64,000 nt of DNA from assembly GCA_964234715.1 (NCBI GenBank), contig OZ174276.1; one strand, written 5' to 3'. The notes under the pieces were generated by a model. The model ran no database searches and was not told where the DNA came from. It was given only the letters and a program-made list of their open reading frames with translations. Source of the stretch: Podarcis melisellensis. Taxonomy: Eukaryota. Positions 39,201 to 52,249 of the stretch are shown here, one piece after another (position 1 is the first letter of the stretch; each line of letters opens with the position of its first letter). The position numbers and the translations under genes are program-made.

Positions 39201-40220
39201 GACAATTTCAGTCTACTTTCATTCCCAAATTTGATCCTCCATGAAGTTCCCTCTCCTTGAGAGAGTTCAAAGCCACTCCACTTGTAGGGATAGATAAAGC
39301 AGGTGGGTACAGTCTGCCAAAATGTACGGGTGGAAAAAGAGTTCAGCAGTCTGTGATTACTAAAAGTGACATACAAGTGTGCTAGGAATTGGGGGGGGGG
39401 CAGGGAGAGAAATGAATTGAGTAAATATTTATTTTGCATGTTGTAGAATGTGTATCATTCTAATGTCATGTTTTAATATTTAAACTTTTTAAATTTTATT
39501 TAGCAGAGGAATGTGAGTCAGCAAGGAAGATGAGATAGAACCATACTAAGAGCGAAACCAAGTGACCTGTGTTTTAGTAAGGTTCCAAGTAGCAACAGGT
39601 TGTACTTTTGAGACTGCATTACAACATTCTCCTTTGCACTTTCCAAAGACTATTTATGTCAATGTTTGTAAAGTAAGCTGCAATATTGGATCCGAGCAAA
39701 AAAACAACAACTGAACTTGCCATCTTGTCATCAAAAGCTGCCTGTAATGGATGCTTCAGAAGAAGCATAAAAGGGAGAAAAGAATAGCAGTTATAGTATA
39801 TTCTTTTCCCACATCAGTCCCTTTTGCCAGCCAGAGCCTTGGATTATTTTTATTAATCATTTAGTTATTTCATGATCAGTTACTTGGCTCTTTTGGATAT
39901 TGTCTTTCTTATTAAAGGCTGTATATGTCTTGTTTGCTACTTTAGTCAGTGTCAACAGTTTTTATGCAGCTGTCTATGTGACTGTTATATCACATTTTTA
40001 ATGGAAGAGACTCTCTTAAAAAAAACTCGTCTGAACCATATTTGTTTCCTTTGTGTCAGATATAGCACACCTTCACCATACCATAGAATCATGGAGCTGG
40101 AAGGGACTCAAGGCCCATCTAGTTCAGCCCCCTGCAATGCAGGAATCTCGGCTAAAGCATCCATGACAGATGGCCATGTTTTGCTGGTTTGCCAGTATCA
40201 AAACAATAAGAAGCAGTATA

Positions 40221-40281
40221 CCGTATTTTTTGCTCTATAAGACTCACTTTTTCCCTCCTAAAAAGTAAGGGGAAATGTGTG
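40221..40281. mobile_element. Truncated Tc2-like MITE end
   Basis: TA|CCGTATTTTTTGCTCTATAAGAC..TTTTCCCTCCTAAAAAG..GGGGAAATGTGTG matches the left end of the 48705 element. Confidence 0.7.
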
Positions 40282-42146
40282 ACCAACTTTGACTATTGAG
40301 ACCAACTTTGACTATTGAGTTGGACCACCCAGGGGTGTAACATGGTGGTGGGCTGCCAGGGCGATGGCCCCAGGCACATTTTTCCAGGGGGCACTGTTCA
40401 CGCCGCCCTGCCAGCCCTGCACCACTTTGCAAGGCTGGGATCTGATCTGAATGTTTCACCGGGCAATTCATTCAGATCAGCTCCCAGCCTCACAAAGCGG
40501 CACAAGGCTGGTGTCACTCCACCAGCATCTGCTGTTTATAGCCACTGCTCTTCTTCACAGACACACAAGGACTACCTGCATGAAGCTTGTGGTCTACTTG
40601 GTAGTCTGGGGACCACAGTTTCAGAACTCCTGAACTAATCTATATGGGGGAGATGTAGAGTATACTCTTTATTTCTAGCATGCTAGTTCACACTTAATAA
40701 CTTTTTAAAAAAACAGTGTAGGTGGGAGTATTAAAACATATAACCCTAGCATTGGAGATGATTATAATCTGAACAGACCTCTATTCTGAATTTGTAGAGA
40801 GGCTTGTGTCAAAAGGCAGCTCTGATAAATTTTTCCAGTTTCTCTCTTCCACTACAGACCATGCCATGCTCTTCTAGACAGAAGTGGCTGGGACAGTGTA
40901 GGGTTTGTTTTGCAAGAGGTAGCCAGAAATCCCCATTGTGCAAGCAGAGTTCCACTTTTTCTTCTTTGGATAAAAACTTTAAAATGTCACTTGGTAAAAA
41001 TCACAAAAATTCAAGAGCAATATAATCCTTTAAGTAATTCATGTTATCCTATTGGTATAATAATCAATTTGCATTCCATACATTTTGACAAAAGCATTAA
41101 CAAATTACATTACAAAACAGGTGATTGTATCTCATATTCCAAAAATAATGAAAATGTGAGTCTACTTTTTCATAAAAACATTTTATTTGCATCCTCAGGG
41201 AATGTGTTAATTTCCCCATTATTACTTCCAATTGTAAAACTTGCAAAGTACATTCAGTGGATGCACCTTAGAATTCAAAGTGGTGGAGTAAATTGTTGTA
41301 GGGAACGTTATACAACTTCACAGAGAGGTATGAAAAATAAAAGTTTATTTTTGAAAAAGTAAGACCACCACAGTTTGGTAAGAGGCAAATTGGCATATAA
41401 TGGCAAATTGCCATTAAAATGAAATCCAAAGTAATGGCAAAAGGCAGCAAATGCTGTTTTGAATTACTTTTTAAAGATATTACTATTAAAACTGGCATAC
41501 CCCAATTTAGCAAGGGTGATCCTGGGCGGAAGCAGATCTCCCGGTTCCAATCACTCTCCTACATGCAAAAGGGGGCTGTGCTAGGTGAAAAGCAAAGGTC
41601 CTCATGCAACTATACCGAGTGTGGAACCTCTGACCTAGGGGTTAAATGAGGCGCTCCCTAGGCAACACCCCTAAAGGCCTTGTGCTTTTGCCTGGCTGGA
41701 GTGTACCCTACTATACAAAGACAACGGTCACATCCACTGCATCGCCCCAAACTGGCATGCAACACCCCAGAGCTACACCTGTGGAGATCCATGTCAGATC
41801 AGGGGTGGGTGTGTGGTTGTGTTCACCTGCCAAACAGACGAGGGCAACTTTTCAGGCTGACTCCACCATCCATCTCCTTATGGAGATACATGTGTGTTCC
41901 GTGTGGCGATTTGTGGGTCTGAGCCACTGTGTGCAACATGAAGGAGGCAATGCTGCTGCCTTATTCAGTCTAAATTGAGGCTCTTCATAGAAGACTAATG
42001 CTCAAGCTCTGGCGATGCCATTTTAAGAAAGGAGCAAGCAAATCTAAGAGGACTTGGATCTAGGAATCAAAATGTGAGGGATGGCTGAAAAAAAGTAGAA
42101 CCTAGGGAAAACGTGGGTAATACTCCTAGAAAAATACATAATAATA

Positions 42147-42223
42147 CAGGGTGATTCATCATGAAGTCTACAGTTCCCATTCACTATAAATGGAAACTGT
42201 ATACTTCATGATGAATCACCCTG
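42147..42223. mobile_element. 77-bp hairpin mariner-type MITE
   Basis: TA|CAGGGTG...CACCCTG|TA; 35-bp arms with 2 mismatches and a 7-nt loop. Confidence 0.8.
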
Positions 42224-43904
42224 TACTTTTTAAATATATGAAAAGCTGTCATAATTAACATAGAATGTAGGAGGATATTTGACTGTATGACCAAAATGGC
42301 TGCTGTCGAGTGAATGATTCTGCTTGTTCTGTTGATGTCATGAAAAGTGTTCGTTATGGGTCTGAATAATCATCTACCAAGATCAGTACAGTATCTTGGG
42401 TTTAGGCCCAGCGCTCACTGAGGTGGTAAACTCTCGCTGAGATGTAGTACTTCAGACCATAGGTGGGGACCTGAATGCTCACTCTCTCTCTATATATATA
42501 TTATACAGAAAACTAGGAGAAGGAATCTAGCCTAGCTTCTCCCTAATTTGCTGGATTTCTGTGTGCAAGGAATCTTCCTTAAAACTAGGGAGGTTTTTGC
42601 TGTTGAGCAGAACAAATGATTCAGCTGTTTATCATGGGTCCATGCACGTTTTGGCTTAGTCACGACCCTTATGTAATATGTACAGTATTTGAACCTTCTT
42701 GAAACCTCTGTGTAATTGTGATTGTGTCCCACTTTGAATCCTATATAAAACTATCACTGGGGTGAAAACACAGGATTCTGGGACTGGATTCTGGGTTGCC
42801 TGTGTGGTTTTGCAACATTCCCATCACATTCTTCATCAAGCAGCCTGAACACTGCTGTACCTAACATCCCCTATATTTAAATTTCACTTAATTCCTGTCT
42901 ATTTGAAAAGAAATTCCTTATTTGTAATTATTGCAATTGTATGTGTTCAAGCGGGGGTGGGTACCATTTTAGCAGCTGGGAGATTATGTGAGAAAAGTTA
43001 ACACATTTTTAAAAATTGTGCCTTCACCAATGAAAAGTACAATTTTAGAAAAAAATTTTTTACTAGTAAGCAGATTTGTGCACATTTAATAAACTGAAAC
43101 ATCCAGTCAATCAACTTTTTAAAAGTTGGGCAATGGCACAAATATCTTGGCTTGTAGGAGCTTGACAAAACATTTTCCTCCAATAAGTACTGTTTCTCAT
43201 CCTGTTTCCTTGCCTTTTAGTTAGGAAAGCCAATGTGAGGTCCCACAGAGTGTTAGACTTTGATCCAATAAGATCTGAGTTCCAAATCCCATCTCAGCTG
43301 GATCTCACTCGTGTTTTTAAGAAAAATCACTCTCAGCCTGAGTTTCCCAGTCTGTTAATATACTAATAGTGGTTAATAGAAGAGGGCATGCACATGAAAG
43401 CAAATGATAGAAAGGTTGAAATACACACTGATTTTTTTTTTAATGGAATAGATAATAGTAAAATGAGATAATAACTTAATACAGGGGATTTCTGCTTAGT
43501 CCTTTGTGCTGTATTTGTTCAACAATCAATGCCTTGTTTTCCTCCCAAATGTTTCTTATGATGAGTGGAAATGTTGTATCTTGAAGAGGAGGATTCTGCT
43601 GAATGGGAAGCAAATCTCTCCACAGTTATAGTACTAAAAGGTCATAACCAAATCACCTATTCTTTCCTCCTTCCTTTTCTTAGTCACATTTTCAATTACA
43701 GCCCATGAGTTCAGTATTTTTCAATGTCTGTACTTAATTTTTCCAGTGTTAAATTGTGGGGGTTTACATTTTGTTACAGAGGTAACAACAAGTTGGAGCA
43801 TGCTTGAAAATTTCAGAGTCTGAACTGAAAGGAAATGTGTTGCTCCCTGTGTCTTCTAATGTTCACCAACTTTTCATTTTTTAAACCTCCTTTTTCATGT
43901 TTAG

Positions 43905-44023
43905 TCTCCTCACTGCAGCTGAAGGAGGAGTTGCTAGATGGAGAGGAATACAACTTTCTTCAAGGAGCATCTGACCAGGAAAGCAATGGGTCAGCCAGCC
44001 ACTACATCAAACAAGAACCCTAA
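43905..44023 (+). CDS. MBTD1: MBTD1 last coding exon
   Basis: (V/I)SSLQLKEELLDGEEYNFLQGASDQESNGSASHYIKQEP-TAA matches the MBTD1 C-terminus; the 15 core exons total 1890 nt = 629 aa + stop. Confidence 0.95.
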
Positions 44024-47000
44024 GGGCAGATCAGGGCAGGATGGTACAAAAAGAGCCTTTCTTCAAGACTGATGTTCCCATTCTGAAGATACAGTTTGAT
44101 GGCTTCTACTAAGGGCACTTTGCTAACTGCAGATAAGATTTCAATTCAGAATTTTTGGAGGATGAGGAAACTATTTTAGTGAAAAAGATTTTTCAATTTA
44201 TTAAAAATAATTGACACTTGTGTTGTATTTGAAGCTTTTAAAAGAATTTTTGTAATATTTTCGAGTTCAGATTTATTGTGCATTGTTAAAAAAATGAGAT
44301 TCTAATTTTTTGGTAAGAATTAAAAGCTTAATTATAGCAGGATTGCAGGAAACCCTTTGAAGAAGATGAGGTGGTAGTATTTAGTTGAAAAAAAAAAAAA
44401 AGCAAATGAACTGTTTGTAACAAGTGAGCCTTCTGGTACAAGCTGGGAGATTCTGAATTTAAAGCTACACTAGTCATACCCTGTCTTTTCCATGGTGAAA
44501 TCATGGGATTCTGATCTTAGGGGTGGTGAAGACATACCAAAATAGGTTGGAAGAATGGAGTCTGGAAAGGGTTCCTCCTGGAAGTGGCAACATAATTTTC
44601 AAGAGTTTGTGCTTAAATTTTGGGAGAACGAAGCTGAGGTCCAAGCTTTTTGGAGGCCATTGGGTTTGGGCCGGATACTGCTGCATTGTGGTTTCCTGTT
44701 CACATTTTAAAATGTCGGGATATTCATGGAAATGATCAGCAAAGCTTCAGCACATTTCGGCTGGAGAGGTTACAAAATGGACATGAGTTTGTGACTTTTT
44801 TCCCCTTGTGTAAGGAAAACGAGGCAGATGCAAATGGCCCTTTTCTACAGAAACTTTGTGACAGGCCTGCTTTCCATCCCGGTGGAAGACACAGCTGAGG
44901 CAAATAGACATTTTGCTTTCCCTACCCATTTGGAAGAGCTTCTGGGTTCTGAATTGAACTGGCTTGCCTAAGGATGACATGACCCTGCTTTTAGGCCTCA
45001 TGCTTTCTTTGACTTGGCTGCGGACACCATTTTCAAGCAAAAGGTTTTCGAGAACACATAATGACTGATGTGGCAAGAATGCTGAAGAACCTGGAATCTT
45101 TCCTCCGAGAGTTGAATCTGTGTGGATATTCGCAGATGGCTTCATTCTCAGAACTAACATGCTGACATTGCCACTCTGTGGTGTTGTGACAGGATGATGA
45201 TGCGTGTCAAGAGTTTTGCTTTTACCAGTAAGGTTCATTAACTAAACTCTCAGGAATTAACTGCTTATGTTCTGTAACTGCTTCTGGGTCATTGCAGGTC
45301 CTCTTTAGAGCAGTATAAATGTCAAATTCTTGACTCTAGGGTAGGACTTAGAAGAAAGTAATCCTATAGATTAACCTCTACACACTTTAAGCCTAATGCT
45401 TTACATTGGCAACTTGCAAAGCCCCAGAGATGATTTTTTGGCATATGTTTTGAATTTTTAAAAACGCATAGAAAGTTGAAAACCAGCAATTTTGATTCTT
45501 TTCTTAATTAACTTGCTCTATTGTTGGGTACATACCATTGGTGATATGCAAAGGTTTACCACATTCTATGCAAGAGGGGATAATGGTATAAAATTTTGTA
45601 ACTACTGGAAGTACATTTTTTCTGTATAGTATAGGAATGTATGAGAACAATTTCTAGTCTCTTCCCCCCCTCCCCCTATAGCTGGGCCATTTTTGACTGC
45701 TTCATGTATACATATTTTTAAACTGATTATCAGGTGTCAAATACTTGTGAATTTAGGTGATAATTAGATATTCTCTCTCTCTAAAAAGATTTCGGCTTAA
45801 GTGAGCTGCCTTCATTTTCTTTTCCTTGGGTACAATGCCCACCCGCTTCCACAAATGCTGCATTGCAGCTGTTTTTGAAACTTCTCCAGTTTGTAAAGCA
45901 GCTCCTAACGTGGCCAGAGAGGGCTGCTTTGGAGGGAGGGCAGCAAAACAATGCATTGTGTGTACACACCCACAAAGGGGTTCACTAGATTTCAACTAAT
46001 ATTTTGAAATGTCACAGTACAAACGGACCTAAGAAATCCTCCTCCCTCCCTGTATTTTTGTTAATTCTTAAACCAGTGCCTCTCAAAACCAAGGATGATC
46101 CATGCCATCAGGCCAGTCGATAGAATGATCTAAAAGGCAGAGACTCCAGAGAGAATTGGAATCAATTTTCCCCCCATTTTAAGGTGTAGTTCTGTTAGCC
46201 TTGCTCACACCTAATAAAGGCAGTATACTCTCTCTGGCAGGATTGGCATTGTCAAGACTGTGGTGCTCTGGGGCTAGCATTCAGAGCCTGTGTTTTCATA
46301 TGGTCTGACTTGGAAAGATTTAGAGTAGCCCTTGTACAAGTATTTCTTCTGATTTCAGTAGGGACCACTTGCATAATACTGCTTAATATATAAAAAAGAT
46401 ACAGGAGAAGGCCTAGACTAGTGTCCTTTGTCAAGAGGAGAAGAAAGCCAGAAAGAGAGCTTAAGATTTGTGTGTAAATTGAGTCCTGTATGGTCATAAA
46501 ATCCAATCTTGAGCTTCACCCAACACAACATACCCTTTAGGTGAAATTGCCCCCTTTTTACCTGACAGAAATTCCGCATCTAACAGCTATATAACGGCAG
46601 AAGTTCAGAAGGTACAACTTTCTTCATCACTGCACATTTAATGCTTTGAACACTGAACCTGCTGGATTTCTGCTAGTCATGCAGTCTGTCAGGATCAAAG
46701 GTGGAAATCCTCCTCCTACCTCTGTTGAATACGGCAGCTCCTGGAACATCCATAGCCACATTTGATCCTTACCACATCAACCTGAAATAGTCCCAGGGAC
46801 CTGTTGGACCTTGTCAGACCTAGAACCATGCTACAAGGGTGATCATCTTGATTAGTGCTACGTTGCTAGTCTTTGGGTTTCTGGAGGTAGATCTGCATAC
46901 ATGTTAAGTTGGTACCACTGCCAATCTAATCCGCCCCAATTTCTGCCTGTAGGCAGAATACCACATCCCAATACATAACGTGTGTATGATAGACTTCTTA

Positions 47001-48090
47001 TTTGCGGAAACACCTATTATTAAAATTGCTTCATGACTCCCTTGTGCCAGCTTAGTTCCCTGGGGTTATTACTTCCTTCGCTTTGTTTATTCAGTGTTGA
47101 TTCTAAGCAACATTTGTCTGTGGCCTCTTAATACAGATGATGACTGGGTGGCAGTGAGCTTTCTTAGTACTGGGTTTAATTGCTTTGGTATGCATGCATC
47201 TTTTTTTTTGTATAATTTAGCTCGAAGAACATTCTCTTTATTTTACTGTGAACTAATTAACACAAAATTGGGATGGTATGGGGGAGGGGGGAAGAGTTGG
47301 TCAGGGATTGATGCCTGTACTGATGCAAAGGGTCAGCTATTTTCAGTATTTGGCGCACATTTTTTAAATATATAAACAAGAAGGCACCACAGACAAGGTC
47401 AAGTTGCATTGTAAGTGCTCCTTCTTTTTACAGCCGACCCTGTTTTGTTTTAAATTTCCTTGCTGAATCTGACAAAAGCAAAAGCAGTTATCAGTTTCTT
47501 GTTCTATTGATACTAACACGGGTTTCAGTGTTTGTTCGTTTTTATTGTCGTCGTCATTTTTATGTGATGTGAACACCTTCTCCCATCAATATTTGTATTA
47601 TGGTGCTAATATATTTGGTAACAATCCTTTATTGGAAAGGGATTAAAACTGTGATTAAATTGATTTTTTTTTCTTTTTAATTTTCATATTTAAGTAAAGT
47701 CTCAGCCATTTATAAAAAAAGAAGAAAAAGCATCAACTTTTGCCCTGGAAAAACAATCAGGGCAGAAGTTTAAAAAAAAAAAAGTTGAATAGGGTTTTTA
47801 CATCATTTCTGTATGTATTTGATATAGATCAATATCTGTATAAATTTAATCTTTTATTTTCTGGTAACTTGTGTGGTCAAATGGGAGCGTTTTAAAACCT
47901 CTAATGAAATGTATATAACTCAGTGAAAATGCTTTTGATGAAATTAATGTTACTTTCATTTTTACCAGACTGCAAATTTTCAAGCATGGATGTGAAAAAA
48001 AGCATTAAAAATTATAACTTTGTGTACAAGATGAAAATAATTCACTAAATTTGCCTTTTTTACACAAAATAAAAATGTTAAAAGTAAAGC
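44024..48090 (+). other. MBTD1: MBTD1 long 3'UTR (~4.1 kb)
   Basis: U/AU-rich with no recognisable TE; ATTAAA at 48004 and AATAAA at 48068, followed by GT/T-rich sequence. Confidence 0.7.
48068..48073 (+). terminator. MBTD1 polyadenylation signal AATAAA
   Basis: Canonical hexamer at the end of the U-rich UTR with downstream TGTGGGTG/TTTTCCTCTCTC element. Confidence 0.65.
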
Positions 48091-48704
48091 CATGTGGGTG
48101 GACCTTTTCCTCTCTCATTTTCAGGTGACGCCAACATGAATCCTTAACAGCAGCAATTTGCTTAGAAAACCAGAGCCTGGTCACACAGAACGCCAATAAG
48201 GCTGCAATAATAATAAAAGGGTTTGATAAACACAGCCATTATCAGATATGGCCTAGGATCTCCTACAACAGTTTCTGGAACATTAGAATTTCACACTGTT
48301 AACATTCAATTGCAGCCCCAATATGAGTCACACAACTTAGTCTTAATCACTTAAAATTTATGGAGTTGAAATTTCTTAAATTAGCAGCAGCTTCCTCCCT
48401 GGCTTGACAAATTTGATCAGCAGTGTTCAGCCAACATCATTATGGCTTCTAAAACATGGCTCTCCTATAGTATTGCTGGGCTTGATCTTGGATTCTGAAA
48501 GCAGTCCTGTGGTAAGGAATATTTCATCTTGTCTTGTTGAAAAAGAAAGCAGTAGTTTGTTTCTTCAATGAATTGTTCAAGCTAGCTTAGACTTCCTTCA
48601 GGATCCTCAAAAGAGCTCTCACACATCTCCATTTGTAACACATATCTGAGCTAATAGTCCTAAACCACTTTGAGAAACAATGCACAAGCTCCAGTGAAGC
48701 TTTA

Positions 48705-49583
48705 CCGTATTTTTCGCACCATAGGACGCACCTTTTCCCTCCTAAAAAGGGGAAATGTGTGTGCGTCCTATGGAGCGAATGCAGGCTTTCGCTGAAGCCT
48801 GGAGAGTGAGAGGGGTCGGTGCGCACCGGCCCCTCTCGCTCTCCAGGCTTTGGGAAGCTATCCGCTAGCCGTGGGAGACCCAGCTCTCCCACGGCTAGCG
48901 GAGCGCTGCATCAATCCCGAAGCTTGGGGCGTGCGGAGCTCAGCGCGCCCCAAGCTTCTGGGTGCCGGCAAGGTCTCCGCTAGCCGTCTAGACCTTGCTG
49001 GCTTCCAGAAGCTTGGAGGCGCTGAGCTCCACACACCCCAAGCTTCGGGATTAGCGCTCCACTAGCCGTGTCTAGGCTGCGGATAGCAGCCTGCTTCCCG
49101 GAGCGTCGGGCGCCCTGAAAGCAGAGCACCCGGCGCTTCAGGAACACACCCGCAGCGTGGGGAGTCCTGCAGGAGTTCCCCACAGGGCTCCCCACGCTGC
49201 GGATAGCAGCCTGCCGCCCGGCGGGTGGGGCGCCCTGAAGCAGAGCGCCCCTCGCGCCGGGCAGACATCCGCAAGGTGCGGAGCCCTGCAGGAGTTCCCC
49301 GCAAGGCTCCCCACGCTGCGGATAGCAGCCTGCTGCCTGGCAGGTGGGGCCCGCTGAAGCAGAGCGCCCCGCGCGCCAGGCAGACATCAGCCAGCCCCAC
49401 AAGCTCGGGGGACAGCAGGGAGGCGCAGCGCCACTATCCCGCTGTTCCTTGACCTGGTTTGGCTTCCCTGACCTGCTTTTGGGGGGGAAATAAAGGGAAA
49501 TTTTTCCCCCTTTATTTCCCCCCCCCCAAAAAAAACTAGGTGCGTCCTATGGTCCGGTGCGTCCAATCGTGCGAAAAATACGG
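48705..49583. mobile_element. Tc2-like non-autonomous DNA transposon (879 bp, GC-rich, internal tandem modules)
   Basis: TA|CCGTATTTTTCGCAC...GTGCGAAAAATACGG|TA. Confidence 0.88.
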
Positions 49584-49719
49584 TAATTTGCAATAGTTAC
49601 ATTTGCCAGGCTATTTTTAATTTGCTGGGTACTCCTAGTAAATCTACAACAGAAACTGTTGATAAGCTACCTTTTCATTTTTCTAAAATGAAGAAATGAA
49701 AACAACTAATAATTCATCT

Positions 49720-49725
49720 TTTATT
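49720..49725 (-). terminator. NME2 polyadenylation signal AATAAA
   Basis: tttatt on + strand, ~110 nt past the NME2 stop, followed on - by T/GT-rich sequence. Confidence 0.75.
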
Positions 49726-49835
49726 TCTTAATGCCAATAATCACAAAGGTAACCGTGATAATTGCTCCCAGGACAGCAGGTGGGTGGAATGAGATGCTTT
49801 GTTGGAAGAAGGCAGAACTTGTCACCTGGACTAAT

Positions 49836-49953
49836 CTATTCATAAACCCAATCATGAGCACAAGGTTTGTAGTTCACTAGTTCTTCAGGCTTGAACCACA
49901 GATTGATCTCTTTCTGAGCACTTTCCACAGAGTCACTGCCATGAATGATGTTC
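49836..49953 (-). CDS. NME2: NME2 last coding exon (catalytic His in HGSD)
   Basis: [42 protein letters not shown]; cctgtag| acceptor; AHDWVYE end is NME2-like. Confidence 0.94.
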
Positions 49954-50476
49954 CTACAGGGAAGACCAAGGAATTCCGTTTACAAAACTTGTGTAGCATT
50001 TAGAGACATTTCTGAAAGAAGAATCTGGAACAGAATACTTGACAGCTAAGCCTACACATATGAAATGTCTAGGTTGATAAGAAAGTATCCACAAGATTCA
50101 GTCAGTTTAGCTTTAAGTATTTCTTAGTCACACACACAAAATGAACCTATCATCGCCTTTTATCAAATGACTCGCCAACTGTAAAGGTAGTTTCACGGTT
50201 ATGTGAATGGCTATCAGCTAGCTCTTGATCATCAGTACCTTAAATAAGCGACCAGTTAAGCTGTTTGACAAAAGCAAGCGGAACGCTCAATTTATCCTGT
50301 TAACACAAAAGCATTTTATTCTGCTGGAGGTATGCTTACACTACCCAGTCTTCTGTTTTAAATAGTGAGGCATGTATTCTGAACATTTTCTTTTAAAGGT
50401 TTTGATAATTAGTAATACTTCAGTAGCACCTTGCAAGTCTTATTTAATACAGATAAATATAAACCCCAGTACCAAC

Positions 50477-50589
50477 CTGCCCACTTGAATGCAGAAGTCG
50501 CCACGGATAGTGCCAGGCTTGGAATCTGCTGGGTTAGTTTCCCCCAACATCACTCTGCCCGTCTTCACCACGTTGAGTCCTTCCCAAAC
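50477..50589 (-). CDS. NME2: NME2 coding exon 3 (Kpn loop)
   Basis: [37 protein letters not shown]; ttgcag| and AG|gttggt; 113 nt. Confidence 0.95.
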
Positions 50590-51546
50590 CTGCAAGAATA
50601 AACTGGTTTAGCACATATGTTTAAACCACGGTACTTGACCAGATGAAAGTGATGAGAGCTTTTCTTATGGAGTATGTTCTTTGTGAAATGAAACAGGCTC
50701 TGGCAGGTTGAGAGATCCTCAGAAGACCACGTTGTGGGGGCATGCGTCATTTTGTCAGGCAACTGATATGCTTGTGAAGACAGAACATTTGTAATGGCGC
50801 AACACTGAATTACACCCTTGCTGTACATCTGTGCAGCAGGTCCCGGGAGTTTCTCTTTTCAAATAAGGTGGGGAATGTTTAGGGCTTTTTCCTTCTCTAC
50901 CCTTTCTAAGTGAAAGATGAAGAGGCCAGTTCAAAGCATGCCCACTTGCAAGTACCACAATTCTAAGTGGATTCACTTCTTAGTAAACCAAATTAGGGTC
51001 TGTCTGCACAACATTTGCAGCAGCGTTAGCAGACTGCAAGAGGAAATTATTTTGGAAACAGCCAATCACTGTTTCACTGTTAGCAGAAAAGAAAAAACAA
51101 AGCAATAAATTCAGAGTGAAGTTTAAAAAAAAATATTCTAAGATGAATTAATATTTCTAGTCCCAATGATCTTTTAAAAGGCCCCATCTTAATTGGTCAC
51201 CCACTCTAGAGGGCTGCCTATTCTGATCTTGCTCACCAAGGAAGGGGCAGAGCTACCCTCAGATTTCATCTCCGGTATTTCTCTCCTCTACTCTGAAACA
51301 AGAGGCGGCTTGTTAGGGAATCAGAATTAGCTGCAGAGCAGAACTGATAAATTACTACAAACCTGCACCATCTTGCCTTTCCTTACTTTTCCACAAAGGC
51401 CTAAAGGAGAGGTAAGCTAACCTGTGGCAGCTGGGCTACAACTATATGACCATTGGCCATGCTGGCTGGGGCTAATGGAAGTTGGAACCACACCTGGAGA
51501 GGATCAGGTATGAGTCTGATGTTTAAGTTTACATAAAACCACTTAC

Positions 51547-51648
51547 CATGGGTACTACAGGCCCAGAATTCATATATTTAACCAAACCAGGGTAGAACGG
51601 CCGATCTTTCAAGTCAATATAGTGCTGTTTGAGAAGCTCTTCAGAAGC
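51547..51648 (-). CDS. NME2: NME2 coding exon 2
   Basis: [34 protein letters not shown]; ttacag| and |gtaagt; 102 nt. Confidence 0.95.
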
Positions 51649-52249
51649 CTGTAAGAAAAGAGATGGTTAACGCTCATGATTAACTGCAGAAAGGAGCTGC
51701 TCTGAGCCACCCCTACTTAACCTAAGTCACTTAAGAAGAGTCCTGCTGGATCAAAGCAAAACCTGTCTAGTCAGTATCCTGTTTCCCAGTGGCTAACAAA
51801 AATGCATATGGTATAGAAGGCCCACAAGCAGGACATCTAACACTGAGCCAGTACACTGCCAAACAAGTAGCAAAGCACTCATAACTAAGCTCAAGAGTTA
51901 GGCTATAAGAAAGCAAACTAATGGTAGTTTGGACAGTCAGTACCAACAGATCGTCCAGCAATGCTGCTGCTGTACAAGTTGCGTATTATCTTACTCAGTA
52001 TAACCTTCTAGTCAAGGTCATACCAGCTTGTATGTATTGGGTTACACAGGTAGTTTTAATAGAACCTACTGTACTTAGCAGGGAAGGGACAACCACCAAA
52101 CTGAAACAGCAGGAAGACGAGGCTTGTATATGTATAATTGAAAGCCTGTAGTTTGACATATACTGAAAACAGGATATTTTTGTCTCGTTTTCTAAAGTAG
52201 CTTTTGCTCTGCCTTAGCCTTGTGCAAGCTACAAAAAGTGTGCATAGGC

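Noticed and set aside
44747-45238. 163-aa antisense ORF in the MBTD1 3'UTR
   Set aside because: No recognisable domain, splice context or promoter; probably a chance ORF
48850-49593. Overlapping ORFs with repeated peptides, and a repeat array that could suggest CRISPR
   Set aside because: Internal tandem modules of a TIR element in vertebrate DNA; no unique spacers and no cas genes
51550-51552. NME2 GPVVPM instead of mammalian GPVVAM
   Set aside because: Pro at this position occurs in other functional NDP kinases; the ORF and catalytic residues are intact, so no sign of pseudogenisation
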